A stretch of 57,847 nucleotides of DNA, the filler included, from Basidiobolus meristosporus CBS 931.73 (taxonomy: Eukaryota > Fungi > Basidiobolomycota), in assembly GCA_002104905.1 (NCBI GenBank). It is 2 parts of 2 records of this genome, joined end to end, with 100 filler letters (N's around TTAATTAATTAA, not from the genome) between each part and the next. Parts side by side here need not be neighbours in the genome. Positions count along the whole stretch, not along the records: positions 1 to 31,177 come from MCFE01000840.1; 1 more part is not named here. The stretch is one strand, 5' to 3'. A model generated the notes under the pieces. That model saw only the letters and a list, made by a program, of their open reading frames with translations. It was not told the origin of the DNA and ran no database searches. This document shows, piece by piece, positions 1 through 11,556 of this stretch; the stretch's first letter is position 1, and every line of letters begins with the position of its first letter. Position numbers and translations under genes: made by a program.

Positions 1-906
1 ACGTCCAATTAAGATATCCAGTGCATTCGTTCCAGCATCCATCAGATCGAGTTTAGTGATGACTCCAATGGTTCGGTTACCTGCGTAGTATATGGTCAAA
101 TCTATATATCTCACAACGAGTTGACATCATATACAAATTACCCTCGGGGTCAACCTCTCGAGCTATTTGTAAACTCTCCGAGTTTACGATATCTACATTT
201 GCAGAGCTGACTGCAAGAATTATGCTTTGAGCCCGCCTGATTAGACGCTGTTTCAGATGAGGAATAAGAATCGTATGAAGTACCTATTTGGCTTCGATAT
301 ATAATGTAAAATTAAACTCCTGGTTTGCTTTTCGATATCTAACGGTTGATCACCTAGTGGGATCTAATGTGATACACGGGATTTAGCACAAAGGGAAACT
401 TGCTAAAGGTTTCGTACTCTTACTTTTGTTAAACCGGGTAAATCTACCAACGTCAAGTTTAATACTTTGGTAGAGAATATTTTCAATTGGATGGGGCTTC
501 GACAGATCCCTTTGTTATCCCCAGCAAGTCGAGAAGTCTCTTTCTCGATCTCTTTGCGAACCTCGGTCAAATCGAAAAACTTTTTATCAGGTATGTGAAG
601 GAATTCTGCGTATTCCTCGACCCCGTCTCCACTTCCGGGGATGTTCACTAGCTGGAGGACCAAAGGGCAACGCGTAACGATTCCATTTCCTCTCGGGAGG
701 AAATCTCGACCCACAATATTCTCAAGAACCGAAGATTTACCGCAAGACTGTGCACTAGGTCATAAAATCCATCAACAAGAGCATTCACTTCCGCTACATT
801 TTATGACGTACCCTACAACTATGATCTGCGGTAGATCAATTTGATCAATACTCGCGGGATTGAATACGTCCTGCAGCCTATTTATCAAAGGAATAAGGCG
901 GTCCAT
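1..906 (-). CDS. DNM1: Dynamin-related GTPase, Dnm1/Drp1 type; N-terminal part only, runs off the window start
   Basis: ATG at 906. Manual splicing over GT-AG introns gives [15 protein letters not shown]...[16 protein letters not shown] (G1), GIVTRCPL (G2), LVDLPG (G3), [29 protein letters not shown] and [21 protein letters not shown] (G4). Confidence 0.87.
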
Positions 907-1832
907 GGGAAGGTAGAGAAGCACACCTGCAAACCGAGTTGACTTGAAATAGTGGACTCGAAGAAAACTTCCATTGTATCCCTTAAAACAGTAATCCAAT
1001 TCTTTAGATCCAAATAGACTAACCTCGGCAAGTCTAGCCACTTCCGCTGCCTATTACCCGGAATGCTCTAATCAATGTGCTGCTTTTTGGCGACGGAAAT
1101 TACTGGCCTCTCAATGTATCGAGTATAAAACATATTTTACCCATCATTCATTGTATTACATTTCCACCTCCAACTGGACGCTTTACAAGCCAAGAATTGG
1201 CCTTGGCATGCTTGATAAATTCATACTGAGGTTCTTTATTACATGCTTGTAACTATAGTGAGTTTTCCAATGATTTTGTGAAAAGGACTGCTCAATAGAT
1301 GGACGTGCCCAGCAGCCCGTCTCTGCTGATCCCATCAGGTCACTCAGCTGTTTGGTGAATTCTACATTGAAAGGGTCGCGCACCACATTGCCATCCACCG
1401 GTATTGGACGCACTACTGCACGAATTCCTATCATTCGTTTGACCTCACATGCCTCCAGCAGCAGCCTGTACGCCGCGTATTTACTAATTTGCACCAACAC
1501 ATGAGTCTTTTTCATGAGCCTCTTAGTATATCTTTCTAAAACGAGCAAGATTCCCCTTTGGGAATAAAAAATTGTCCTCCAAGCTCTGTTCTAGTAACTT
1601 TCCCGCAAATCTAGATTGTGTCACTCGATTCACTCTTTCAACTGCATCCCCTTGACACGTCCCCCATTGACGGATCTCCAAAGATTCTGCACAGAAAAGG
1701 TATTTACTTCATACTTGGAACATTGTCGAAAGTTCATGCTTGTGGCCGATAAAAAGATACTGTAACTGGGATTTGGGGTTGATTTAAGCATAGAGATAGG
1801 TGTAGCAAATAAGGCCCGATTTGCATCCAATC

Positions 1833-2619
1833 TTAGACTTGAATAGATTTGAGATACTCCACACGATACGAGTTGTCATCAGCAGGACGATTGATGGCTG
1901 TCCATTTGGGCTCCTCTTTGAAAAGTCGCATGGCTACAATGAAATTTTTTGTATCCGAGCAGAAACGGTGGTAGATACCAGCAGGCTATGATTGAGCGTA
2001 GACATCAGCCATCTGATCCATCCGCCAGCACGAAGTAGTTGATATACATACCAGGACGATCATATCCCCGGCCTCCATAGCTATCCGAACCCACTTATCC
2101 TCAGCATCTATACCGCTTAATTGAGCATGGACAATGAGGCAAAGCGAGCAACATAGATCCTTACCACGAATATCGAAATAACCCGACCCTTCGAGAATGT
2201 AACGAATCTCCTCATCTTCATGCAAATGCCTAAGCCACAAATTGAAGCGAACATATCTTTAGTCGCGCGAAGCCACAATCGGGAGAATCTTTTCTTACTC
2301 TTCGAAGAAGGTTTTTATTTTCTCCTCGTAATTGGGCAACTTGCCGGGTGCAATGGTGACCTGTGGGTCAGAAATATTTAGTATTTGGTCCGGAAATGTC
2401 TGGCTATCAGAATATCTCTTTGAAACTTACTACATCGCGATTCTTGTAGCTCCTCTCAGTGGCAATGTCTTCTAACTGACAGCGACCTTCTTCACCTTCC
2501 AGGCGCCAATAAAGTACGCCCACTTTCTCTAGCTGCTCGAGAGAAACGGGAACACTAGGGAGTAGCTCGTGAGCCTCCCGAGGGTCTTGGAAACTATTGT
2601 CGTAGTAATAGGCACGCAT
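1833..2619 (-). CDS. ADI1: Acireductone dioxygenase (ARD cupin, methionine salvage)
   Basis: Five exons splice to MRAYYYDN...[54 protein letters not shown]...[11 protein letters not shown]; TAA at 1833-1835. Confidence 0.93.
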
Positions 2620-2971
2620 AGCGAAGTAAAAGAATGTCCACAAGCCTCCACAAAAACCCTGCATGCCTATATATACTGCAAAGTCAAGAGCAATCTAATT
2701 GGGTCACTTTCAATCACGCCATCCTACTCCCCAATTATTATACCTGCACACATGAGGTTCCACCGACTGAATCAACCATTTTCAAGCAGATCATCCCCGC
2801 TGATATTCGCTTGTGGCTATGCCTCATCTGAAAATCATGATGGGGTAGGTGATGGGAAAATCGAGATTGAACAGTATTTAATTTGTGGATAACATTTGAT
2901 TTTGGTTATGAGGTGTTGTCAGTGGGTAGTAAGGTGACTGCTACTTGTAGATGATTCAACCTTCTAGTTGT

Positions 2972-4681
2972 CTATTTAGGTAGTCGCTTTAAGGTATGAA
3001 GGAGGTAGAGTGAGGTGGTAAGCAATGCAAGAGAGCCACTTTGATGCGCGGCGCCCAAGGAAACAGGTACCACGCAGAGCAGGGTTGAGATACCTAAAGT
3101 AACCTGGATGACTGCCATTCCCATAACAGCATGCATTGCGGTGCGGACATGCTTAGGGAGCGGAAGTCTCTTCGAGTAGAAATACAATGCAGTGACAGCC
3201 GCAAGTGAGGAAGTAGCCTAGATAGCACCAACAGTAAGCAATATGATTCTAAAGACAAGTACAGTTTCCTACACTAACCAAGACTCGATGCTCGAATTGG
3301 ACCGTCACAGGATTGTCGAACATATTACGCCATCTGGAGGAATCTCCTGGGCGAGCAAAGTTCTCGGACCAGATCTCTTCGCTCTCTGGGACTAAGCGAC
3401 CACCCATCAATGGGAACTCGTTATAAAGCATCCCCGCATCCAGACCGGCAACAAATCCGCCTGAAAAGAGTCACATTAGTATGTGCTGCAGCGTATTCGT
3501 GATAGGTTAACTAATCGACTTTACCGGAGAAACTGGTCAACAGGATAAGTCCACACAAGCCAAGTGCCGAGCGACGGAAGAAGTTGAGTTTAGGGTTGTT
3601 GATGGCGGCCAAGAGATGCTTGAAGTACAAACATTAATATATCATACCAGAGTGTTGTTCAACTAGTCAGGATCTAGTACCTCACTACCTCCTTTGGCAA
3701 GCTTGGCATTTCGTAGGATATCCCAGCCAGTCAACAGACAGCCAAGATACAAGAAAAAGGCGCTAGCTAAATGAGCAGTCAATCTATATTGGCTTACACG
3801 AGGAACCCCCTTGTTTTCAACAATTTCTTGAGCAAGTCCGGACTTCACCATATACCAGCCAAGGGCACCCTAGAATTTCGAATTGCTCAGTACCAAGAAA
3901 GGGGGATAATCCAAAAAGTCTCGCATACTTGGAAACCAAGTAAACCTCCTAGAGCGAGCACGCGTTTGGAAACAGCTCTTGACATGTGTCCCTTGTAGGC
4001 GAAATAAGCAGCAGGAAGAATGAATGCTGCGCCAATCACACGTCCCCACAATCTATGGGCCCACTCAAAGAAGAAAATGAACTTGAATTCCTCTAGAGTC
4101 ATGCCTCTCTCCTTATTCAGCCTTCATATTCGAGGGGAAAGGTCAGAAGTATTCACGATTAAAATGTCTTGGCAGCCTTACATCTTGTATTCCGGAAATT
4201 GCTTATATTTCTCGAATTCGGCCTCCCATTCCGCTTGAGTAATTGGTGGACGTATACCAGTAACAAGGTTCCACTCAACGATTGACAATCCGCTCTCTGT
4301 CAATCTAGTAACGCCGCCAATCACGACAATAGCAAACACCATAACACCAATACCAATCAGCCAGTAGCCGACAATGGGATGTGTGTAGACATTTTGAACA
4401 GCTTGAGTAGCGCTGGGAGCGGCAGCAGCCATTGTGTTCATACTCTTCACGAAGAATTTCTTGGGAAAGGCGACAGACTTTGGAGTCTGGAAGTAACGCG
4501 CAGAAGTGGCAAAAGTTTGGCGAAATACATTACGTTGTTGTGTAGTAAAGCTACGATTCAGGAGGCCAGGCCCCCAAGGCTTTGAAGAGAGTCCAACCTT
4601 GATATTACGCGATATCGGGTTGAGCGTGCCAGAGACTCTGTTAAGCAAACGAGCTGCACTCAAGCACCTGAGAGAGTTCAT
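2972..4681 (-). CDS. COX15: Heme A synthase with a mitochondrial presequence
   Basis: [70 protein letters not shown] and LGAAHQSG are joined by four canonical introns; the N-terminus is Arg/Ser-rich. Confidence 0.95.
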
Positions 4682-5845
4682 GGTTACTTAGTTATCGTTG
4701 AAGTTAAAGAGCTATAGGAAAGCAAATTTGCCAAGCAATAACGCTACACACAAATTGTTAAAAAAATTCCAGAATACTCAAGTTTATATCGATGTATTTG
4801 AGCCACTTGAACCTAGCAAAATTTTATTCTGATGAGCTGGTGATGCGCATCCGATCCCCAAAAATTTCTACTGTGTTGAGCATACTCGATGACACTCACA
4901 TCCTGTATCCTCTGTAGATCGCACTAACTTTCGTTGGATTCTTCGAACTTTCTTTCTTAGTATTTGGCCATGTGTTCTAGATTCGAATACTCCAAGATAC
5001 ATAGCTATAAGCTTTGTTTGAGACGCTTTTGGTTACGTGCTCGCTCAATTGTGGGTTTGGAACGTGCATCAATGTTACGTGGTGTAACAAATTACTCAAC
5101 TCCGCAATTTAGTAAATTAGTGGCACTTGGCTATATCGCCAGTAATGTGGATACCTCAGCATCCATAGACGGGTAAAACCCAAATGCTCATATTTGGTAG
5201 GTATCCCACTCGTGATATTTTCTAGAGCATGCCCTTCCGATATTTGCCCATTCGTGTTCATCTTTTCCGGGAATCCATTACTAATTCATAGCAAATGCTG
5301 TCTCGAGTGTGTGGGACTCCAGGAACCATTTTGATGGCTGTCGTCTATATTGGTAGGATAATGCTATTGATATGGATATGCCAATATATATGGGATTCAT
5401 TGATATTCCTAGCTTCCTATACCGAGATACAATCCTTCTTAAACTGGATCCAGTCTTGATTGATCACAGGTCCCATCGACTCGATTAGTCGAGAGATGTC
5501 AACCAATGTGGCTAATTTAGGTTAATTGGTTCATATTGGTTTACATGTGTTATAGACGGGACAGAGAGGCAATGGGTTTCCGTATTTTTCTGAAAAAAAA
5601 ATAAAGCAAAATATATACAATAATACACAGGAGTGCCACAGCGGCCGGCAGGCACCTTTTTCTTGACTGGCCATATTTCCACAAGAAATAGGTTTTGGTT
5701 TTAATAGCAAATTTCAGTAATTTTGAAAGGATTGAACAGCATCATAATGCTACAGTAGATTTCTCTATTCCACCCATTTCCTTATGCAGCAATGAGAATA
5801 AATACCGGTTGTACAGGGAATAATATAGTTTGGAGGGCATATGTC

Positions 5846-6194
5846 TGTTGTAAAAATTCGTAATTGCACCTATATGTTCACCTAACTTGGTCACTTAGAT
5901 CATTACCTACAAATCTTAGAGAATAATGACCAAATTCCTTGTCGGGATTTACTTGGAATATTTTCACCGAAAAATCAGGTACCCAGAACATGAAAATTAG
6001 ATAAGTTGTTCAAACAGCCTTAAACTTTGCAAACATATTTTTGGGTCCTTCCCTAACATATTCCACGTGTTTATTATGCCAAGACCATGTAAAAGTATAA
6101 ATACTACTTTTATATTCAATAAATCAATGAGTGAAAACCGCATAATCTACTTGTTCTCCCAATCACTTCCAATATCTCCAAGACTCTTACAACA
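5846..6194 (+). mobile_element. Old solo LTR of the Copia family also seen at 53654-54041
   Basis: TGTTG...CAACA ends. Aligns by eye with 53654-54041 (GGGATTTACTTGGA, AGGTACCCAGA, AAACTTTGCA, AAAAGTATAAATAC, TCAATAAATC, CACTTCCAATA). No TSD found. Confidence 0.6.
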
Positions 6195-7327
6195 GTAAGT
6201 AGACCATCATTAGAAAATATGTGAGATGTTTATAAAGGTAAAGGATGGGAATAGGTACGGAAAGAGATGTGAAAAGTTCTGGGATTCTGGTTGATTCTTG
6301 GTGCTAAGTGTTTGGTTGATTTGTTAGGTATAAAAACAAATGAATGGAAATGTAAATTCTGTTGAGGATAGCTAGGGTAGCATCTATGTTATTCATGTAA
6401 GTTTCTGTGGACAGATTCTCAAGAGTTTTGAAAGTCTAAATTGGACTATTGGGTGATTTTGCTAATTCCAAGATCCATGAGTTCCATCTAATACCAAACA
6501 GCTCAAACTTGTCAAAAGGACCCGACATTTGCCACTCAGCTTCCTGGCATCTCCCTTTAGTATAATCAATATTGGCATCATTGAGCCAATTAGAGCTCAA
6601 ATTGACTATAGAGTGCATGGGGGGGGGTAACAAAGCATATCTTAAGGAGCCAAGAACATTTATTGATGTTTGATCTCTGAGGATTTTGACATGGCACTCA
6701 TATACTTTTTATAGCACTATGCAGAATTCAAGCACTTTGTATTATTGTGGTAACCTATTCTTGGATTGAGGAATGTGCAAGAGCTCATACTTATACAACA
6801 TCTACACCTAAACCTTGATATCTGAATATGAGAGAAAATAGAACTAGTATATAACTATTCTCATCATGCCCAAGGAGTAACCATGAAGCTCCCAAGTATC
6901 CAGAGGATGTCCTATTTTTTTACGCAATGGAATCGCCAGAGTGGCTAGTCTACACACGAGCGGATTTCAAATTAACAGGAGTGAATATGTGAAAGTCCTA
7001 AACCGTTGATGATTTGCAGTAAACACATTTTGGGTATAGGCGGCTTTAAAACTCCCATTCATTTCTTTTTGATGGGGTCAAATTAGCTCAGGTCAGTTCT
7101 AAGGACTCCTCATTTTTAGACACATTGTTTGCATTGGCAAATCCATCGTTCAGTTGACTTACGCCACATAAAAGAATTAAAATCCTGAATCAATCTGAAA
7201 TTCAACAGGTTTGAGCTTGGTTGTTGGAAACATAGACGCACAGAATTCTAGCTTTATATAGCATTGGCTATATGCGGCATAACAATCATCGCGATGTTCG
7301 AGAATTCCTTAAATTACAAGCTTACAG

Positions 7328-8130
7328 ATGTTGTCAGCCAATACCAACGACGCAACTGTTTATGTAGTGGATGCTGGATTATCCACCCAGATTCAGTAAC
7401 TCATGTAAGACAGTCAATCAACGTCAAATCTACTAGATTCCAGATGGAACCTGCTCGTGGAACTGCATGAGTCTGACCTGGTGACTTCTATATTTATTTG
7501 AGACGATGGAAACCCGTGATACTGTGCCATGTCAAACAGTAGGACTGGCGTATACATGACGATGATGATGATGAGCTAAGCAAATACCCTTCAGTGGTTT
7601 CCTTTAAACCTCTTGCTTATGAGTCTCTATTTACCGGTCTCCCTTACCAGGTAATTTCAGTACACACATGGGCCAATCTCCTTGCCTATCCTAATTTATT
7701 ACGTAGACGCGTGCTAATGAAGAGGAGGGTGGCGGTTTATCAAAGGTTCGGGAATACAGGATGTCCACTTCTGTCACTTGGTTGTTCACCCATTCCCTTT
7801 AATACTTACCATATATGTGGCGGTTTTCCTCCGAACTTTTACTGGCAGGGCTTTGAAAACCTGACCATCCGCGCAGTCTTGTCACACTACTCCATTGTTT
7901 GTTCAATCCTATATATATTCAGCCTAATGCTTAACAAGCGAAATCGGGTCATTTACCAAAGAGAATTCATCGAAGATTGGGGGCGCACTGGGAATGGAAT
8001 CAGAAATATAGTTCCAGCCTATGAAAGAATCACTAATAAACAACAAAATACAAACAAATCTATTGCGACTATTGGGCATCTGCGGGTACAGGCATGGAAT
8101 GAGTGGGATGTCCAGGTGAATTGGTATTAA
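7328..8130 (+). CDS. Putative multi-exon protein of unknown function
   Basis: Candidate exons 7328-7395, 7444-7480, 7543-7650, 7707-7745 and 7849-8130 (possible extra intron 7897-7938) join in phase through GT-AG introns. The 5' end is uncertain and no family was recognised. Confidence 0.4.
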
Positions 8131-8197
8131 AGATATGTATACAGAATCGCAAATTAACGTGGCCAAGGCCGGAATATCACGTGATGGGCGTAATATT

Positions 8198-11100
8198 TCA
8201 ATCGGTAAGCCACTCTTTACATCGCTTCATGTACTTCGCCATCAACACCGTAAGGTCGCGCATTACAAATGCGCAGATTACATTATTCATGAATTCGCTG
8301 ATTCGAACGAGTCTGCTTAACACTTGCGCTCGTGGTTCCCCAGAGGGCATGGCGTGGAACTGTTTAATCCAATGATCTGGAGGCATGAAAGGATTAGAAG
8401 ACTCCTTGTGGCTGAGTCGTAATGTAAGATTACCAAGAATTTGACATGTTTGGAAGAGCTTGATCAGAACGTCAATATAGAGGGAGACGTCATCACTAGA
8501 CATCAATTAGTGATACCATATCAAGGAGTAGAGAAATGTCGTCTGCGTAGCAACTTACATCTTATCTCGCGAAGTAGTCATCCTCTCTAACGATTTGGTG
8601 ATGCGGTTGCCGAGTGAAAGAAAGGAAGACTATGCAAGTTGAGTTAGTTCCTACATGACTTGCATCGGGTGTTTTTGCCAGTCCATTGCTGTGGTTACCT
8701 GAGATTTTTTGATGGATTCAATAAAGGACAGTTTCTTGGCCAGGTTATTTTGTACACTATACAAAACGGTATCGAAGCTCTCGAGTTCCTAAGATCAAGT
8801 TGGGTTGATATCCACTAGCGTGGAAAATGGAAAAATCTTCATCAATGCTTACCCGAAGCAAAACAACAATGTCACTTTCTCTCAAGTTGGCCGTTGAGGT
8901 AGTGCTTGGTGGTATACTCTGGCCCAGAGAGAGTGCCATATTGTAGAGCGTAGCAGTGAGCAACTCACAAGCAGAGATTTTGGCCTCGATAGCGCTTAGA
9001 CGCGCCCCGCCTTGATACCTATGTTGTCAAATTAGTCCTCGACTTGATGGGCTTACAACCAACTCCAGAATGCTCATACCATAGGCTGCGTGGAATATAC
9101 ATCTTACTGGAAATGAAGCCACCACCAATCATACTTCGCTCAAAGCATCGCATTAACCAGAAGGGCTGAAGCTCCAATTTCTGAGGAGGTTGCTCTAGAC
9201 GAGGGGTATCCTATCAAAGGATTAGTAGATAGCCTTGTTTTAATGAAGGTCCCAATACGCACGTCCTTCGGCTCCTCAAGAACGATATCGAATAGAGTCA
9301 ATCCCTTGAGCGGCCGCCGAATCGGGTGTAGAAAATAAGATCCTGTTGGAGATGGGTCAGATAACATAGAAGGGCTGCCATGGTACGCTTTAGGCATGAA
9401 TGACGGGTTGGTGTTTTGCACCGCTGATCTCATCATATTGGAAGATCCCAAACCGACGGGCAAGGACATTTTCCTCCGAAAATTAGGGGGCAATATTGAC
9501 GCCTTCGGGCTGAATTGCTCAACAATTGATGGGCCTTTCAGTTTTTGAGTGTTTTCCGCTTTCGTGGCTGATGATGAGTTGGCCAGATATACGGTGCTTC
9601 CGCTAGTTTCAGATGAATCCTTGTTCAACTTCGTGGATATGGGAGGAGGTGGAGGTTGCCGATTGGACCTCGCTTGCTCCCCATTTGCAACGCGGTCTTC
9701 AGCCTCAAAAGGATCATCTTGATCGTGTTTTTTGTCAAATGGTCGGATAGCCTCCGGAGGGGGAAACTTTGGGGTGGGCGGCTTTAACGCTGCTGATTTA
9801 GGTGCCTCATGCATACCCTCGTCATGAAGATTCTGCTCAGACCCTAGTCTTTTGAGGGTTGGGGGGTATTTCTGGCGCTTGGGGGTGTCGAAGTACTCAG
9901 AAGAATCATCTGATATAATTGAAACATCTAGCGGGTTCGCAAAGTGGTCGATGTTGGATCGGGTTTCCAGCATTTTGGGTAGGGACGAAGACCTTGGGGG
10001 TAGAAGCCCATCAGTGTTATTGGGCTTCTCATGTAGCATGGGGATAGGGTGCGGAAGGGCATTTGCGCCATTGCCTTGAGAGAAGTCAGGGTTTAGGTAA
10101 TACTCAAGGTGCTCCTCACTATCCAAATCAATATCCACTCCGGTGTCATGAGAAGAACCTGTGTCGGTATTACAATATTAGGAATAAATAAGTCTTCACG
10201 ATGTGGACGAAGCTTACATGTGTGATTCGACTCAGAGTCAGCGGTGACTTGGTTTTTCGCTTTCAGCGATAGTGAATTGCTAGACGACATCTCTAACGGA
10301 AGACGATAAATACCCGGTAAATTGAATCTGATTGAACTTGGTCCTACCGTTGAAACTAGCAGTTTCCCGTGAATTGCCGGGTGAAGATGTGGTATTGGAG
10401 CCAGCTCCCGGTGGTGGGAAGGGAGGCGGAGGCAGATTATTAAACGTTTCTCGTACGTAGTCGCTTTGATTCAACACGGACAAAGAATACCCTCGCGTTC
10501 GAGCAGGCCTTTGTTTTGTCTGCTCAGTTTCTTGTTTGATCGAAGGAAGTTTGGGGTGAAACCTAGAGCTCTGACTTTCTTGTTGCAGCGCGCTACTTGA
10601 CAACTGCTTTCTTATGACTGGGCGTCCAAAGGCTTCTTTACCTTCACGCATCCTCTCTAATGATGGCAAAGTTCTTTCCGAGAAAGAGTCTCCGGGGGCT
10701 TTGCTGCATTTGTCGGCTCCTTTGCTAGCCAAGCTTGAACTTGAAACCTGCTTGGTTAAAGCGGAGAGCCGGGCTGATGTTGGCGGTAGCAAATGCGCTA
10801 ATGGTGATTCAAGCGGCTTTTTTCCGCTTATATCTCGGGTTGATGTACACCCATTTGCCTCACCATGTGCATCAGATATACTCGCGTTTGGATCAAGACT
10901 GGATTGGTAATTACCCAAGATTTGTGAATGAGTAGAGAATCTTGAACCTTGTCCAACAGCGGAATGGGCATTGTTCGATGTCCTTAGTAGTGGAGCCGAC
11001 ATTTTCTTCCGTAAGCTATGCATGCTTGATGATTGGCTTTCGGCTTCACTCGTAAAGGCCTTAAGTGAAGGAATTCCTCTGGCTGGTTTAGGATAGTAAA

Positions 11101-11556
11101 GATTCTGTCAGTTACTCTTGTGACTGATTTCGCTAAAATTGACTCATGGTTCCTACTATGATATGCAGAAGCTGAGCCAGTGCCGGTCACTAAAGAATTT
11201 TTTGAAGTGCTTAATAGGAAGATTCGGTTTGTGTAGGTCTGATACTACAATGCAACGCAAGTTATATAGAAAGGTGCCCGTTAGAATACTCCTTGACTTC
11301 ATTGAGCTGTTGTGAAACTTACAATCTGCCGTAGCCTCCTTCGATTGCTGTCATTCTCAGCCCTTTCCATGACCTGTGACAGCAAGTTTGCAGCCTCTTG
11401 GTAAGCCAAGATGGCCTCATCCAGCTTCTTTTGGCTATCGAGTTGTACTGCGTCCTGTGCTCTGCTTAACGCGAGGGTCAAGAGCGTCCTGGGTGAGTTG
11501 TTTAGTGAATTTGAGGATAGAGAAGCCGAAGTTTCAGTTGTCATTAAGGTGGCCAT
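8198..11556 (-). CDS. Fungal MIT-domain protein with a long low-complexity linker and a conserved C-terminal domain
   Basis: MIT-like helices (ALSRAQDAVQLDSQKKLDEAILAYQEAANLL...RLRQI|YQTYTNRI), a Ser/Pro-rich middle, and C-terminal PFWLMRCFERSMIGGGFISSKMYIPRSLW...AIEAKISACELL and ...LMAKYMKRCKEWLTD; TGA at 8198. Internal exon boundaries are not all fixed. Confidence 0.72.

Noticed and set aside
1183-1830. Minus-strand ORFs of 121 aa and 66 aa between ADI1 and DNM1
   Set aside because: No recognisable motif or consistent splicing; they fit the ADI1 3' UTR and DNM1 promoter.
4700-5520. Short open frames upstream of COX15
   Set aside because: Could not be spliced into a coherent protein.
6227-6632. 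Possible second solo LTR (TGTTT...TAACA, CpG-poor)
   Set aside because: No TSD and no second copy in the window.
9852-10935. Plus-strand ORFs opposite the MIT gene; likewise the antisense ORFs over stuA (15905-17154)
   Set aside because: Shadow ORFs of real coding sequence.
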